A DNA stretch of 64,000 nt from an uncultured Chthonomonadaceae bacterium (lineage in GTDB: Bacteria; Armatimonadota; Chthonomonadetes; Chthonomonadales; Chthonomonadaceae). Location of the stretch: assembly GCA_963835065.1 (NCBI GenBank), contig CAWIEK010000044.1, positions 160,001 to 224,000 of the forward strand. Direction: 5' to 3'. Position numbers and translations under genes: made by a program. The notes under the pieces were generated by a model. The model did not search any database and was not told where the DNA came from. It saw nothing but the letters and a program-made list of their open reading frames with translations. Position 1 is the stretch's first letter, and every line of letters starts with the position of its first letter. Shown piece after piece: positions 52,804-61,640 of the stretch.

Positions 52804-53578
52804 TTCCATGATGCGGGGGAAGACGCGGCGGGCGTTGGCGGTTGTCAGCGTGGCGAGTTCGGGCAGGGTCAAGCCGCGCAGTTCGGCCAGTTTTTCCGCG
52901 ACGAGACGGGTATAGGCGGGTTCGTTGGGTTTGCCGCGATGGGGCATGGGCGCAAGGTAGGGCGCGTCGGTTTCCACAAGCAGGCTTTCTACCGGGACGC
53001 GCTGCGCAGCCTGCCGCGTCGTTTCGGCGTTTTTGAACGTCAGCGTACCGCCAAAGCCGAGCGCAAGTCCGAGCGCGACGGTCTTGTCCGCGTCCTCCAC
53101 GCTTCCCGCCCAGCAGTGCATTACGCCGCCGGTTTCGTCCGCGCCTTCTTCGGACAGGATTTGCAGCGTGTCGCCATACGCTTCGCGGCAGTGAATGACA
53201 ACGGGTAAGCCGACCTCCCGCGCGATTTTCATTTGGGCGCGAAACGCCTGTTCCTGCGCGTCACGGGGCGAAAAGTCGTAGTGGTAGTCCAAGCCGATTT
53301 CGCCAATCGCCACCACATGCGGATGGTCGCTCAGTTCGCGCAATCGCGCTTCCGCTTCCCCATTCCAATCTTTGGCGTCGTGCGGATGGACGCCCACAAC
53401 GGCGAACAATACGCCCGGATACGCTTCCGACAACTGAACCGCTTGTTCGCTGCTCGGCATATCGAAGCCGACGACAATCATCTGCCGCACCTCCGCCGTT
53501 CGCGCCCTTGCAATGAACGCGGGTAAATCGTCCGCAAACTGTTTGTGGTTGAAAGTGGCAATGCGTGTCAATCAGCAT
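52801..53578 (-). CDS. tatD: TatD-family hydrolase, +1 frameshift near 53553
   Basis: MLIDTHCHF in one frame; GVHPH, IGEIGLDY, IHCREA, ETDAPYL in the next. Confidence 0.9.
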
Positions 53579-53722
53579 AAATCTTTTTTCTTTCTGAATT
53601 GGAAAAGGAGGTTATAGAAGCGGTTCTGATAAATAACGAAACCGGAACTTTCCCATCTCCTTGTGAATGGAAAGGTTCCTCCTATTTTTCACAGGTTATC
53701 AACTTTTGATTCGGGAGGTATT

Positions 53723-54391
53723 ATGTTTGGAATTCGTTCATCACGCACGATTCTCGTCACTTTATCGCTTCCTATAGCGGTTTCCACTCTGCTGCTGACG
53801 CCCAACGTGGCGCGGGCGGAACAGTTTGTCCTGTTCGATGTCACCTTTACGTTTACGAAAATGGATGCGGATAATTCGACGCCGAGCAAGTCGCATTACT
53901 ATGTCAAGGGAGCGGCGATCAATGCCAAGAGGCCGAAAGACTGGACAAGCCCAATTAACTACCGCAACGGCACGGTTCATATCCGAACCGAGGTTCTGGA
54001 CCGGCCTGCCGACGGCGAACCTGTGCAATGGAGCCTGTGCTACATTCCCAATCGTGGGCAGGGCAACGGATACGGATGCACGGGAACCAATACCTACAAT
54101 GCGAAGGGCGTCTTTGATAAGGACGTTTCCATGAAGTCGTTTTGGGAGAACGACGCGATTGTCTGGACGGAAGGCATCAAGCAGATGGACCTGGTGATGA
54201 AGGACAAGGACGGCAACAAAGCCCACACCCGCGCCGATCCCGAAAAGTTCTTCCCGACCCGTGTTCGCATTATCATGGTTCAGGTTTCTGAGGGCGCAAA
54301 GTACGACCCCAATCTCGTGCCCAACATCCCCCATCCCAAACCCGCCGACAAGCCGAAAGAGGGCGCGGCTTCCACATCGGGGGCGAAATAG
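53723..54391 (+). CDS. hypothetical secreted protein
   Basis: GGGAGG RBS; signal peptide ending ARA. Confidence 0.7.
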   Translation: MFGIRSSRTILVTLSLPIAVSTLLLTPNVARAEQFVLFDVTFTFTKMDADNSTPSKSHYYVKGAAINAKRPKDWTSPINYRNGTVHIRTEVLDRPADGEPVQWSLCYIPNRGQGNGYGCTGTNTYNAKGVFDKDVSMKSFWENDAIVWTEGIKQMDLVMKDKDGNKAHTRADPEKFFPTRVRIIMVQVSEGAKYDPNLVPNIPHPKPADKPKEGAASTSGAK

Positions 54392-54456
54392 CGCCCACAT
54401 CCTCTGCGGATAACACAATCATTGGCCGCGATGTCGCGCCGATAAGGAACAAGTCT

Positions 54457-55458
54457 ATGTTTTTCTCTTTCCATTCTCTGATATGCGGCGGCTGCAAGTT
54501 TGTTCGTACGGTTCAGCGCGAAAACCTGCTTCGCAGCGCGCGGGCCGGCCTGCTCGGTTCTGCGCTGGCGTTCCTGATGGCCGGTAGCTGCCCTGTAACA
54601 GCGGGGGCGCAACTGACGATTGATAATCCAAACGGCGTGGGAAGCACAGCCTTTGGGGGCATTGATGGCAGCCGCGTCGTCGGCGGGTATGTAGACAGCA
54701 TGATGCATGATCATGGCTTTATCTACGATGGTCACGCTTTCACGCCGCTGGACGACCCGAATGGTGTTTCAACCGATCCCTTCGCAATCTCCGGGAACAA
54801 TATCGTAGGCGAATACACCGATGGCGTGGGGCAGACTCACGGATTCTTGTATAATGGAACCGCGTTCAGCACGCTCGACGTTCCCCTGAGCCTGGAAACC
54901 GTCGCGTACGGCATTTCGGGCGGCAATATCGTCGGCGAATATCTGGATAGTTCCTTTCATGTTCTGGGTTTTCTGTACGACGGCCACACCTTCACGACGC
55001 TGAACGGCCCGGTGGGCGCGACGCAAACGGTGGCCTACGGCATTGCGGGCAACATGATCGTCGGAACCTACGCGGACGCCACAGGCACGGATCACGGCTT
55101 TCTGTATGACGGCGCGACTTATACGACGTTCACTGATCCCAATGCGGGAACCGGTTTTGACGTCGGCACGTATGCCAGCGCAATTCAGGGCAATACAATC
55201 TTAGGCTCCTATACGGACGCGAGCCACACCAATCACGGCTTCCTGTATGATGGCGCGAACTTTACCGCGATAGACAACCCGCTTGCCGGGCCGGGAGGGA
55301 CATTCGCGTTCGGCCTTTCCGACGGCAGGATTTCGGGCACTTACTACGACGCGCAGGGCAATACGCATGGCTACGTCGTTCCCGAACCCGGCTGTATTGC
55401 TCTGCTCGGCGGATTTGCCCTGTCGCTGCTTCCCCTCGTCCGCCGCCGACACAAGTAA
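54457..55458 (+). CDS. PEP-CTERM protein with HGFLYDG repeats (start uncertain)
   Basis: About 6 repeats AYGIxGxxIVGxYxD...HGFLYDG; VPEP + TM + RRRHK terminus. Confidence 0.88.
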   Translation: MFFSFHSLICGGCKFVRTVQRENLLRSARAGLLGSALAFLMAGSCPVTAGAQLTIDNPNGVGSTAFGGIDGSRVVGGYVDSMMHDHGFIYDGHAFTPLDDPNGVSTDPFAISGNNIVGEYTDGVGQTHGFLYNGTAFSTLDVPLSLETVAYGISGGNIVGEYLDSSFHVLGFLYDGHTFTTLNGPVGATQTVAYGIAGNMIVGTYADATGTDHGFLYDGATYTTFTDPNAGTGFDVGTYASAIQGNTILGSYTDASHTNHGFLYDGANFTAIDNPLAGPGGTFAFGLSDGRISGTYYDAQGNTHGYVVPEPGCIALLGGFALSLLPLVRRRHK

Positions 55459-55483
55459 CATGCGTATGCGGATGGTCTTACTT

Positions 55484-56422
55484 TTATCTGGTGTCTCCAT
55501 CAGGACAGCGGCCTCCTTTAGGGTGGCGCAGGGTCAGGTAGAGGTCATTATGGGCAATGTCGAAGATGATATTGAACCGCATTAGGATTTCGCTGCCGAT
55601 GATGCTCATTTTCTGTGTGCCAATGGCGCCCGCAAAGAAGCCTACCGGCACATCCGAGATGTTAGAACTGCCAAGCGCAAATAGGGGCAGCAAGCCTTTT
55701 TTCACTTTGATCGTGTGTCCAAACGAGTCCTTCAAGCTGGATTCGGCGGTGATCTTGATTTTCCCGTCTATGCCGGATTGCGCTGCGAAGGCATCGTCTA
55801 AAAGGAGGCCCCCGGAATAGCCGGAATGAAGGAGAAACTTGCGCGTATAGGTTTTCCCTTCCATCAGGCAACTGCCCTCAACCAGAAGCTGTCCGTTTTG
55901 GTTTTCAATTTTGAGGCGCTCGTACTTTTCCACTTTGCGAGGGAGGTTTTCATGAAGCACGATGCGGCGATGATCGAAATCTATTTCCACAATCCGCTTC
56001 TGAAAGAAATTAAGGCCAAACTTACCGTCGGTGTTGTTACCGGAGAGTTTGTCCTCCCAAATGTCCATGTTACCGCGCTGTAGAGGACCAAGCTGAACCC
56101 GGTTCCCTTTGCTGAAGCGCGAGTCTGTGTTGCCTCCCCAGGCCTTCACCTTATTCCTGCCGGTAAATTTGACGCTCTTTGATTTTCGCGCCGCGTCCTC
56201 AGTTAAGGTCACATCGCTGGCTGCCGTATGCAGCATAAGATGCAATGTGTCCTTGTTGTTGAGTACGGCGCTTACGACGATGTTGTTAGAAGCGGTAAGC
56301 GTAAAAGGGATGGTGACCTCACCCTGCTCCTCTTGTGAGGCGCGAAGAGTTTGATTCGTGAAGGCGGTTAACACCAGGCCGGCTAACGCGACAACGGCGA
56401 TCCATTGGTATAATCGCTGCAT
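55484..56422 (-). CDS. secreted two-lobed retropepsin-like protein with His at the catalytic Asp positions
   Basis: LMLHTAAS...DGKFGLNFF; FLLHSGYSG...IIGSEILMRF. Confidence 0.7.
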   Translation of the reverse strand: MQRLYQWIAVVALAGLVLTAFTNQTLRASQEEQGEVTIPFTLTASNNIVVSAVLNNKDTLHLMLHTAASDVTLTEDAARKSKSVKFTGRNKVKAWGGNTDSRFSKGNRVQLGPLQRGNMDIWEDKLSGNNTDGKFGLNFFQKRIVEIDFDHRRIVLHENLPRKVEKYERLKIENQNGQLLVEGSCLMEGKTYTRKFLLHSGYSGGLLLDDAFAAQSGIDGKIKITAESSLKDSFGHTIKVKKGLLPLFALGSSNISDVPVGFFAGAIGTQKMSIIGSEILMRFNIIFDIAHNDLYLTLRHPKGGRCPDGDTR

Positions 56423-56451
56423 GAAAGTTTTCCTTTGGAATTATTCAGCGC

Positions 56452-56905
56452 TCATTCGATCCCTAATGGGGGAGTATGAAAATACGCCGTCGTTTCCTCC
56501 TGTGCTTTGCCGTCCGATAGTTTCGTCAGGCCGGCGTGGAAAGCGGCGACCAGCAGGCTGCCCGCCATTATCAGACCCCGCCGAAAGGCGGCCTTCGGAG
56601 TTCGGAGTTCGGCATCGGGGAGGTGCTGCTCCACCTACGCCACATCGAACACCTGATGGTAGATGCGGTTGCGCGCGGTGAGCAAGCCCGACGCCACCTT
56701 GCATACCCCCGACATCTTCAAGATGGCCGCACAGTGGATTGGTTTCGTCGTCCCGAACGCGCCTGCCCCGCCGCATCTGCCGGTACAGGTCCAGCAAAGC
56801 GGTAAGATCGGCTTCGCTCTTGAGCAGGCGGTTGCGCACAAAAGCCAGGTTGTCGTCGCTCTCCTTCGCGCTGTGCGACAAAAACAGGTCATGGCATAGC
56901 CGGTC
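56452..56905 (-). pseudogene. fragment of an AAA-like (AAA_35-type) protein
   Basis: [11 protein letters not shown]...LLDLYRQ...LKMSG...[10 protein letters not shown], with a frameshift and an internal stop. Confidence 0.6.
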
Positions 56906-56907
56906 TA

Positions 56908-57095
56908 CATCTCGATTTTCGATTTTCGATTTTCGATTTTCGACTCGGCAATGGCGCGGCAAAGGCGCTGCGTCAGGTACGGATGCCCGCCCGTCCAGTA
57001 CATAATTCGCTTGAGGGTTGAGAGGGAGGATAGTGATGAGTGATGAGTGATGAGTGTGCATCCAATTCATCCTTCATCCTTCCGCCTTCATCCTT
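56908..57095. repeat. mixed heptamer arrays (TTTTCGA, GATGAGT, CCTTCAT)
   Basis: Read directly; they separate two unrelated gene fragments. Confidence 0.8.
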
Positions 57096-57200
57096 AGCCG
57101 CAACGGGCCGTGTCAGGGCGGAAATCAGCGACTCGGCTTCCTGCGCCGAGATTTTGCCGTCTTGCAGCAGTTGCAGCACTCGCATTACGTTATCGTCCAT
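57095..57200 (-). pseudogene. N-terminal SHOCT/YvlB-like gene fragment
   Basis: MDDNVMRVLQLLQDGKISAQEAESLISAL, then runs into the repeat arrays. Confidence 0.6.
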
Positions 57201-57383
57201 GGGTTCGAGTCCTCTGTGTGAAAATTGAAACGATTCGAACGTATACGACGAATCCGCCATGGGGTTCAAAACTCCTGTGTATTCTTTAGCCGGTCGGCCC
57301 TTGACTGCCCACCGAGCCGCGAATGTAAGGTCAGGGACGCGGGCAAAGTCCTGGCTCCCACCAAATACTTTACAGACAACCAC

Positions 57384-57412
57384 TTGACACAACCGGACAG
57401 GGGATTGTACGA
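57384..57412 (+). promoter_or_regulatory. sigma70-type promoter
   Basis: TTGACA-17 nt-TACGAT. Confidence 0.6.
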
Positions 57413-57565
57413 TAAACATATTATGGGTGGGCATCATCCCTCCAATGCCGCATATCTCTTAGAACTCAGGCGGGACGCGGGGCTGCTTTCCCCGGAAAAG
57501 CCTCTTGTGCTGAACAAAGCCTCTTGATAGAAGCAGACGCCATGCAAAGTCAGCAAGGAACAACC

Positions 57566-57796
57566 ATGAACGAAGCCGCGCAGGAAGTCGAAGCAGAAGA
57601 ACCGGAAGATCATCTCGGTATGACGCCGGAGCAGTGGGCGCAGTTCAAAGCGTTCACCAGCGGGTTCGGCGACCAGGATGAAAACGGAATTGACCTTTCC
57701 CTGTTACGTGAAAACCTGAAATTAACGCCTACGGAGCGAATTGAAAGAATGAGACGCGCGATGCCGTTGATTATGGAGATGCGCCGTGCCCGATAA
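57566..57796 (+). CDS. small acidic partner of a nucleotidyltransferase
   Basis: GIDLSLLRENLKLTPTERI; overlaps the next gene. Confidence 0.7.
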   Translation: MNEAAQEVEAEEPEDHLGMTPEQWAQFKAFTSGFGDQDENGIDLSLLRENLKLTPTERIERMRRAMPLIMEMRRAR

Positions 57797-58298
57797 TCCA
57801 CCTGATTTCCGCCCGGTTCTCGAAACGCTGATTGCCAATAATGTTCGCTTTGTTGTCATCGGCGGTTTGGCAATGGCGGCGCTTGGCAGCGCCTACGTCA
57901 CATTCGACATTGATGTTGGCTATGCGCGTGACAGGCAGAACATTACCGCGATGCGAGTAGCATTGTCGGGTTTGAACCCGCGCTTGCGAGGATTTCCCGA
58001 AGGGCTTCCTTTTGTATGGGATGATCAGACACTGCGAGGCGCGGCCAATATGACGCTCGAAACCAGCGTCAGCCCGGTTGATATATTGAGCAATATACCC
58101 GGCATAGACTCGTTTGAGGGTTTGTGGGAGCGAAGCGTTATACGGCCTCTTTACGGATTGGCAGTTCACGTCGCTTCCATAGAAGACTTAATTTCCATGA
58201 AGCGCGCCGCCAACCGCCCCAAAGACCAGAACCACATTCTGGAGTTGCTGGCGTTGAAGAAGTTGCTTGCGGCGGAAAACAACGAGAGAAATTTGTAA
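57786..58298 (+). CDS. Pol-beta-superfamily nucleotidyltransferase
   Basis: VIGGLAM...GS...TFDID; DLISMKRAANRPKD. Confidence 0.85.
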   Translation: MPDNPPDFRPVLETLIANNVRFVVIGGLAMAALGSAYVTFDIDVGYARDRQNITAMRVALSGLNPRLRGFPEGLPFVWDDQTLRGAANMTLETSVSPVDILSNIPGIDSFEGLWERSVIRPLYGLAVHVASIEDLISMKRAANRPKDQNHILELLALKKLLAAENNERNL

Positions 58299-58978
58299 TG
58301 AGAACAATGCCTTTTGTTGCTTTACCTATTCGAGCCGTTCTGTGGAGCGGGGCGGTTTTATACGGAATAGTATGTGGCGGGATAGCCGCTTCGGCTGCTT
58401 CGCCACAACAAAAACAGGCTGTTGCCAATTCAGACCTTTTAACCGGCGCGATTTTGGACAGAAGCGCAACAGTTCAGCAAGCCTTGGTTCGTGGAGCCGA
58501 TCCTAATCAATATGACGCTCATGGCAATACTCCGCTGGGTTATGCAGCCGAGGGAACAAATACCCATATTGTGAAAATGCTGCTTGCGCATGGCGCTGAT
58601 CCTACATTACGCCAGTATGCCGGTGTCACTCCCCTTATTGAAGCCGCCAATCACCCTTATCGCAACGCTTCCGACACGAAAAACGCTTTGAGCATTATTC
58701 GACTTTTACTGTCATACGACGCACAGGTGAATGCCCAGGATAATCGGGGCATGACAGCGTTGATTGATGCATCGTACCAGGGCAATGCTGCCGCCGTTCG
58801 ACTTTTGTTACAGAATGGGGCGAAGGCTTCCCTTCAGAACAACCGGGGAAATACAGCGTTGAAAATGGCGCAAGAACGTTTGAAGAGAGAGCAAAGCAAT
58901 GCAAAGCGGCAACAACTTCAGGCCGTTGTTAAATTTCTCAGGCACAGTTTCAGCAGGAAAGAACTTGACGCGCAGTGA
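58298..58978 (+). CDS. secreted ankyrin-repeat protein
   Basis: TAATG coupling; GNTPLGYAA, GVTPLIEAA, GMTALIDAS, GNTALKMA. Confidence 0.88.
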   Translation: MRTMPFVALPIRAVLWSGAVLYGIVCGGIAASAASPQQKQAVANSDLLTGAILDRSATVQQALVRGADPNQYDAHGNTPLGYAAEGTNTHIVKMLLAHGADPTLRQYAGVTPLIEAANHPYRNASDTKNALSIIRLLLSYDAQVNAQDNRGMTALIDASYQGNAAAVRLLLQNGAKASLQNNRGNTALKMAQERLKREQSNAKRQQLQAVVKFLRHSFSRKELDAQ

Positions 58979-59056
58979 AATTTCAAGCCATGTCCAATCA
59001 GCGCCTCGGTAATTTGCTGCAAGTTCCACCAGGGGATATGGAACCTCTGGTACGTC

Positions 59057-59392
59057 GTGTTCTGGATAGGATCGAACGCCATTCATGATGTTTCCGGTTT
59101 GCCGCAAATGCCTATCGTTTACACGAACGATCCACTGCGTTTTGGCGGGTACATGCCGGAGCGAGCAGAGTACCAACGACAGTTTGCGCTTTCCCGTTCC
59201 GGGCCGTATCCTGAGTTGACATTGACGCATGAAATCGGTCATTTGCTGGACCATGCTCTGGGCGATTTTCATACTGAGCGGACGCCATCCCAGCACTGCT
59301 GCAGAAACATTGGAGTTGATGCGCGACGCAGGGTTGCTTTCACCGGAAAAGTCTCTCGTCTTGAACAAAGCATCCTGACTTTATTGCCGTAG
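59057..59392 (+). pseudogene. HExxH zincin-like fragment
   Basis: LTLTHEIGHLLDH; no convincing start and a degenerate C-terminus. Confidence 0.45.
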
Positions 59393-59406
59393 AGCGTTGT
59401 CAGTCA

Positions 59407-59484
59407 CCTGAAACATCAGAACCCTATAGGAACTTATTGGCGTTGAAGAAGTTGTTGGCGGCGGAGTATAACGATCCGGTCTAA
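59407..59484 (+). pseudogene. orphan copy of the nucleotidyltransferase 3' end
   Basis: LALKKLLAAEYNDPV* vs LALKKLLAAENNERNL*. Confidence 0.75.
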
Positions 59485-59507
59485 AGCCGGTAAGTAGAGC
59501 GAACCCA

Positions 59508-60089
59508 ATGAAAGTTGTCTTGCACCTCCTTAAAAGGCCGTTTGTTTACCTGTTCGCTTTCGTCATGGCAACGTTAGATGCTATGCAGAAGGAGCAAAAG
59601 TATTCCTTCATTATTGATGGGCTTGACATAGACATCCGCTTTTTCAGCATGGCTGATGTACCAGTGCTGATGTTCTGTGATAAAAATAGACCACTTCCCA
59701 ATTTCCTTGTGGGCTGCGAGATTGATAAAGATGCGATGAGATCGCTTTTGGACACCTGCTGGAAGCAATATCGTGAGGAACAATTAGACAATGAGGAACA
59801 TAACTATTCGTGTACGGTAAAACCTGATTTCCTCAGAACCTTTCGCTATATTGTACATCAGGAGCGTTTAGAGCAGGAAGAAGTTCAACGAATACAACAG
59901 GAAGCCAGAAACCGCGCCGAGGAGGTGAGGAAATGGCTGGATGCTGGCGCGGATATTAATGCGACGGTACAACAGGTGAACGACAGGCGTTTTAATTGTC
60001 AGGTTGGCTGTACCGCGTTGAAGTTGGCGCAACTCTACCACGAACAATGGATTGTCCGTCTGCTCGTTATTAGAGGATCGAAGCATTAG
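59508..60089 (+). CDS. hypothetical protein with one C-terminal ankyrin-like repeat
   Basis: WLDAGADINA...GCTALKLA...IVRLL; AT-richer than the host. Confidence 0.6.
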   Translation: MKVVLHLLKRPFVYLFAFVMATLDAMQKEQKYSFIIDGLDIDIRFFSMADVPVLMFCDKNRPLPNFLVGCEIDKDAMRSLLDTCWKQYREEQLDNEEHNYSCTVKPDFLRTFRYIVHQERLEQEEVQRIQQEARNRAEEVRKWLDAGADINATVQQVNDRRFNCQVGCTALKLAQLYHEQWIVRLLVIRGSKH

Positions 60090-60156
60090 CATCTGTGGCA
60101 GGTTCAAGAGTAGGCTCGTGCAATTCTCCTAATTCGCGCAGTTGCGGCCAGATGTG
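60070..60156 (-). pseudogene. orphan copy of the MFS transporter 3' end
   Basis: IWPQLRELGELHEPTLEPATDANASIL* vs VWPQLRELGELHETVAEG*. Confidence 0.8.
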
Positions 60157-60157
60157 G

Positions 60158-60235
60158 CGGCAAGAACTTCAGGCTGTTGTCAAAGTTCTCAGGCAGGCTG
60201 AAGACAAAAACAGCCTTAAAAGTCAAAACAGATAG
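60158..60235 (+). pseudogene. orphan copy of the ankyrin gene 3' end
   Basis: RQELQAVVKVLRQAEDKNSLKSQNR* vs RQQLQAVVKFLRHSFSRKELDAQ*. Confidence 0.75.
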
Positions 60236-60263
60236 AACGGCAGAAATATAATCCGCTGCAAAT

Positions 60264-61538
60264 TTACCCTTCGGCAACGGTTTCGTGTAGTTCGCCGAGT
60301 TCGCGGAGTTGCGGCCAGACGCAGGCGACACCCAGGACGACGAGCAGCGTGCCGATGCCGCCGCTGACAACCGCGAAGACCGGACCGAGCCAACCCGCTA
60401 CCGTGCCCGACTCGAATGCGCCCAATTCATTGGAAGTGCTGACGAAAATGCTGTTTACGGCGGAAACGCGCCCGCGCATTTCGTCCGGGGCGCGTAATAA
60501 GAGCAGGGCGCTGCGCACGACCACGCTGATGTTGTCCAATGCCCCAAGTACGAACAGCATTATAAGCGACAGCCAGAACCAATGCGACACGCCGAACACG
60601 ATTGTCGCGATACCGAAGCCCGCCACCGCCCACAAGAACGCTTTGCCCGCCCGCTTGAATGGCGGGCGGTGCGCCACAAACAAGGCCATGCTGACCGCGC
60701 CGATAGACGGCATCGCCCGCAGCCAGCCCAATCCCGTCGGCCCGACATGCAGAATGTCTTTGGCATACACAGGCAGCAGCGCCGTCGCGCCGCCGAACAA
60801 AACCGCGAACAAGTCCAGCGTAATCGCCGCCATCAGAACGGGAGTGCGGCGCAAAAACTCGATGCCTGCCACGAGGGATTGCAGCGAGGGCGTTTCTCGC
60901 TTCTGCGCTTCCTGCCGCGCCACGCCGGGATTGCCCCGAATGGACGCGACCAAAACGGCATACGTCAATGCGCCCATCATCGCGGCCATATACGCGGGCG
61001 TGGCGCTATTCGTCAGGGCGATTGTCAGGCCACCCAATGCGGGGCCGATGGCCGACGCAAGCTGCCAGGCGTTGCTGCCCCACGTTACGGCATTCGTGAA
61101 CACTTCTCCGGGCACGACCTGGGGCATCAGCGTGGACGACGCGGGACCGGAAAACGCCCGCGCCACGCCGATAAAGAACAGGCATACGTACAGCCAGCCT
61201 ACGGGCGCGTTCTGCCGCGATACCAGCGCCATGCCGCCAAAGCATAGCGCCAGCACGAAGCGCATCCCAACGGCGATGTTCTTGCGATTGCCCCGATCCG
61301 CCACATAGCCGCCCGGCAGCGACAGCAGTATCACGGGCAGCACTTCCACCAACCCCACCAGCCCAAGCGAAAACGGCGTATGCGTCCGCTCGTAAAGCTG
61401 CCAGCCCACCGCCACGCTCGCCATCTGGTCGCCCAATGTGGACAGAAAACTGCTCGCCAACAGCCGCCGGAAATCCGGGAATTGCAGCGCGGCATACGGG
61501 TCGTGCCGAACCGGGCCGGCTTCCTCGCTTTGCGTCAT
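60264..61538 (-). CDS. MFS transporter (MFS_3/EntS-like)
   Basis: About 12 TM segments; GYVADRGNRK, DLFAVLFGGATALLP, MRGRVSAVN. Confidence 0.92.
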   Translation of the reverse strand: MTQSEEAGPVRHDPYAALQFPDFRRLLASSFLSTLGDQMASVAVGWQLYERTHTPFSLGLVGLVEVLPVILLSLPGGYVADRGNRKNIAVGMRFVLALCFGGMALVSRQNAPVGWLYVCLFFIGVARAFSGPASSTLMPQVVPGEVFTNAVTWGSNAWQLASAIGPALGGLTIALTNSATPAYMAAMMGALTYAVLVASIRGNPGVARQEAQKRETPSLQSLVAGIEFLRRTPVLMAAITLDLFAVLFGGATALLPVYAKDILHVGPTGLGWLRAMPSIGAVSMALFVAHRPPFKRAGKAFLWAVAGFGIATIVFGVSHWFWLSLIMLFVLGALDNISVVVRSALLLLRAPDEMRGRVSAVNSIFVSTSNELGAFESGTVAGWLGPVFAVVSGGIGTLLVVLGVACVWPQLRELGELHETVAEG

Positions 61539-61551
61539 TCAAGTTCCTTGA

Positions 61552-61640
61552 AGGCATCAGGCATCAGGCATTAGGCATTAGGCCAATGCACAAGTTGAAC
61601 AAGGCTTTTCCTAATGCCTAATGCCTGATGCCTGATGCCT
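61552..61640. repeat. palindromic element with GGCATYA / TRATGCC heptamer arms
   Basis: AGGCATCAGGCATCAGGCATTAGGCATTAGG paired with CCTAATGCCTAATGCCTGATGCCTGATGCCT. Confidence 0.9.

Noticed and set aside
57196..57225. GGTTCGAGTCC resembling a tRNA T-arm or att site
   Set aside because: No acceptor-stem match to the tRNA-Ser. It is the reverse complement of the RBS and start of the SHOCT-like fragment.
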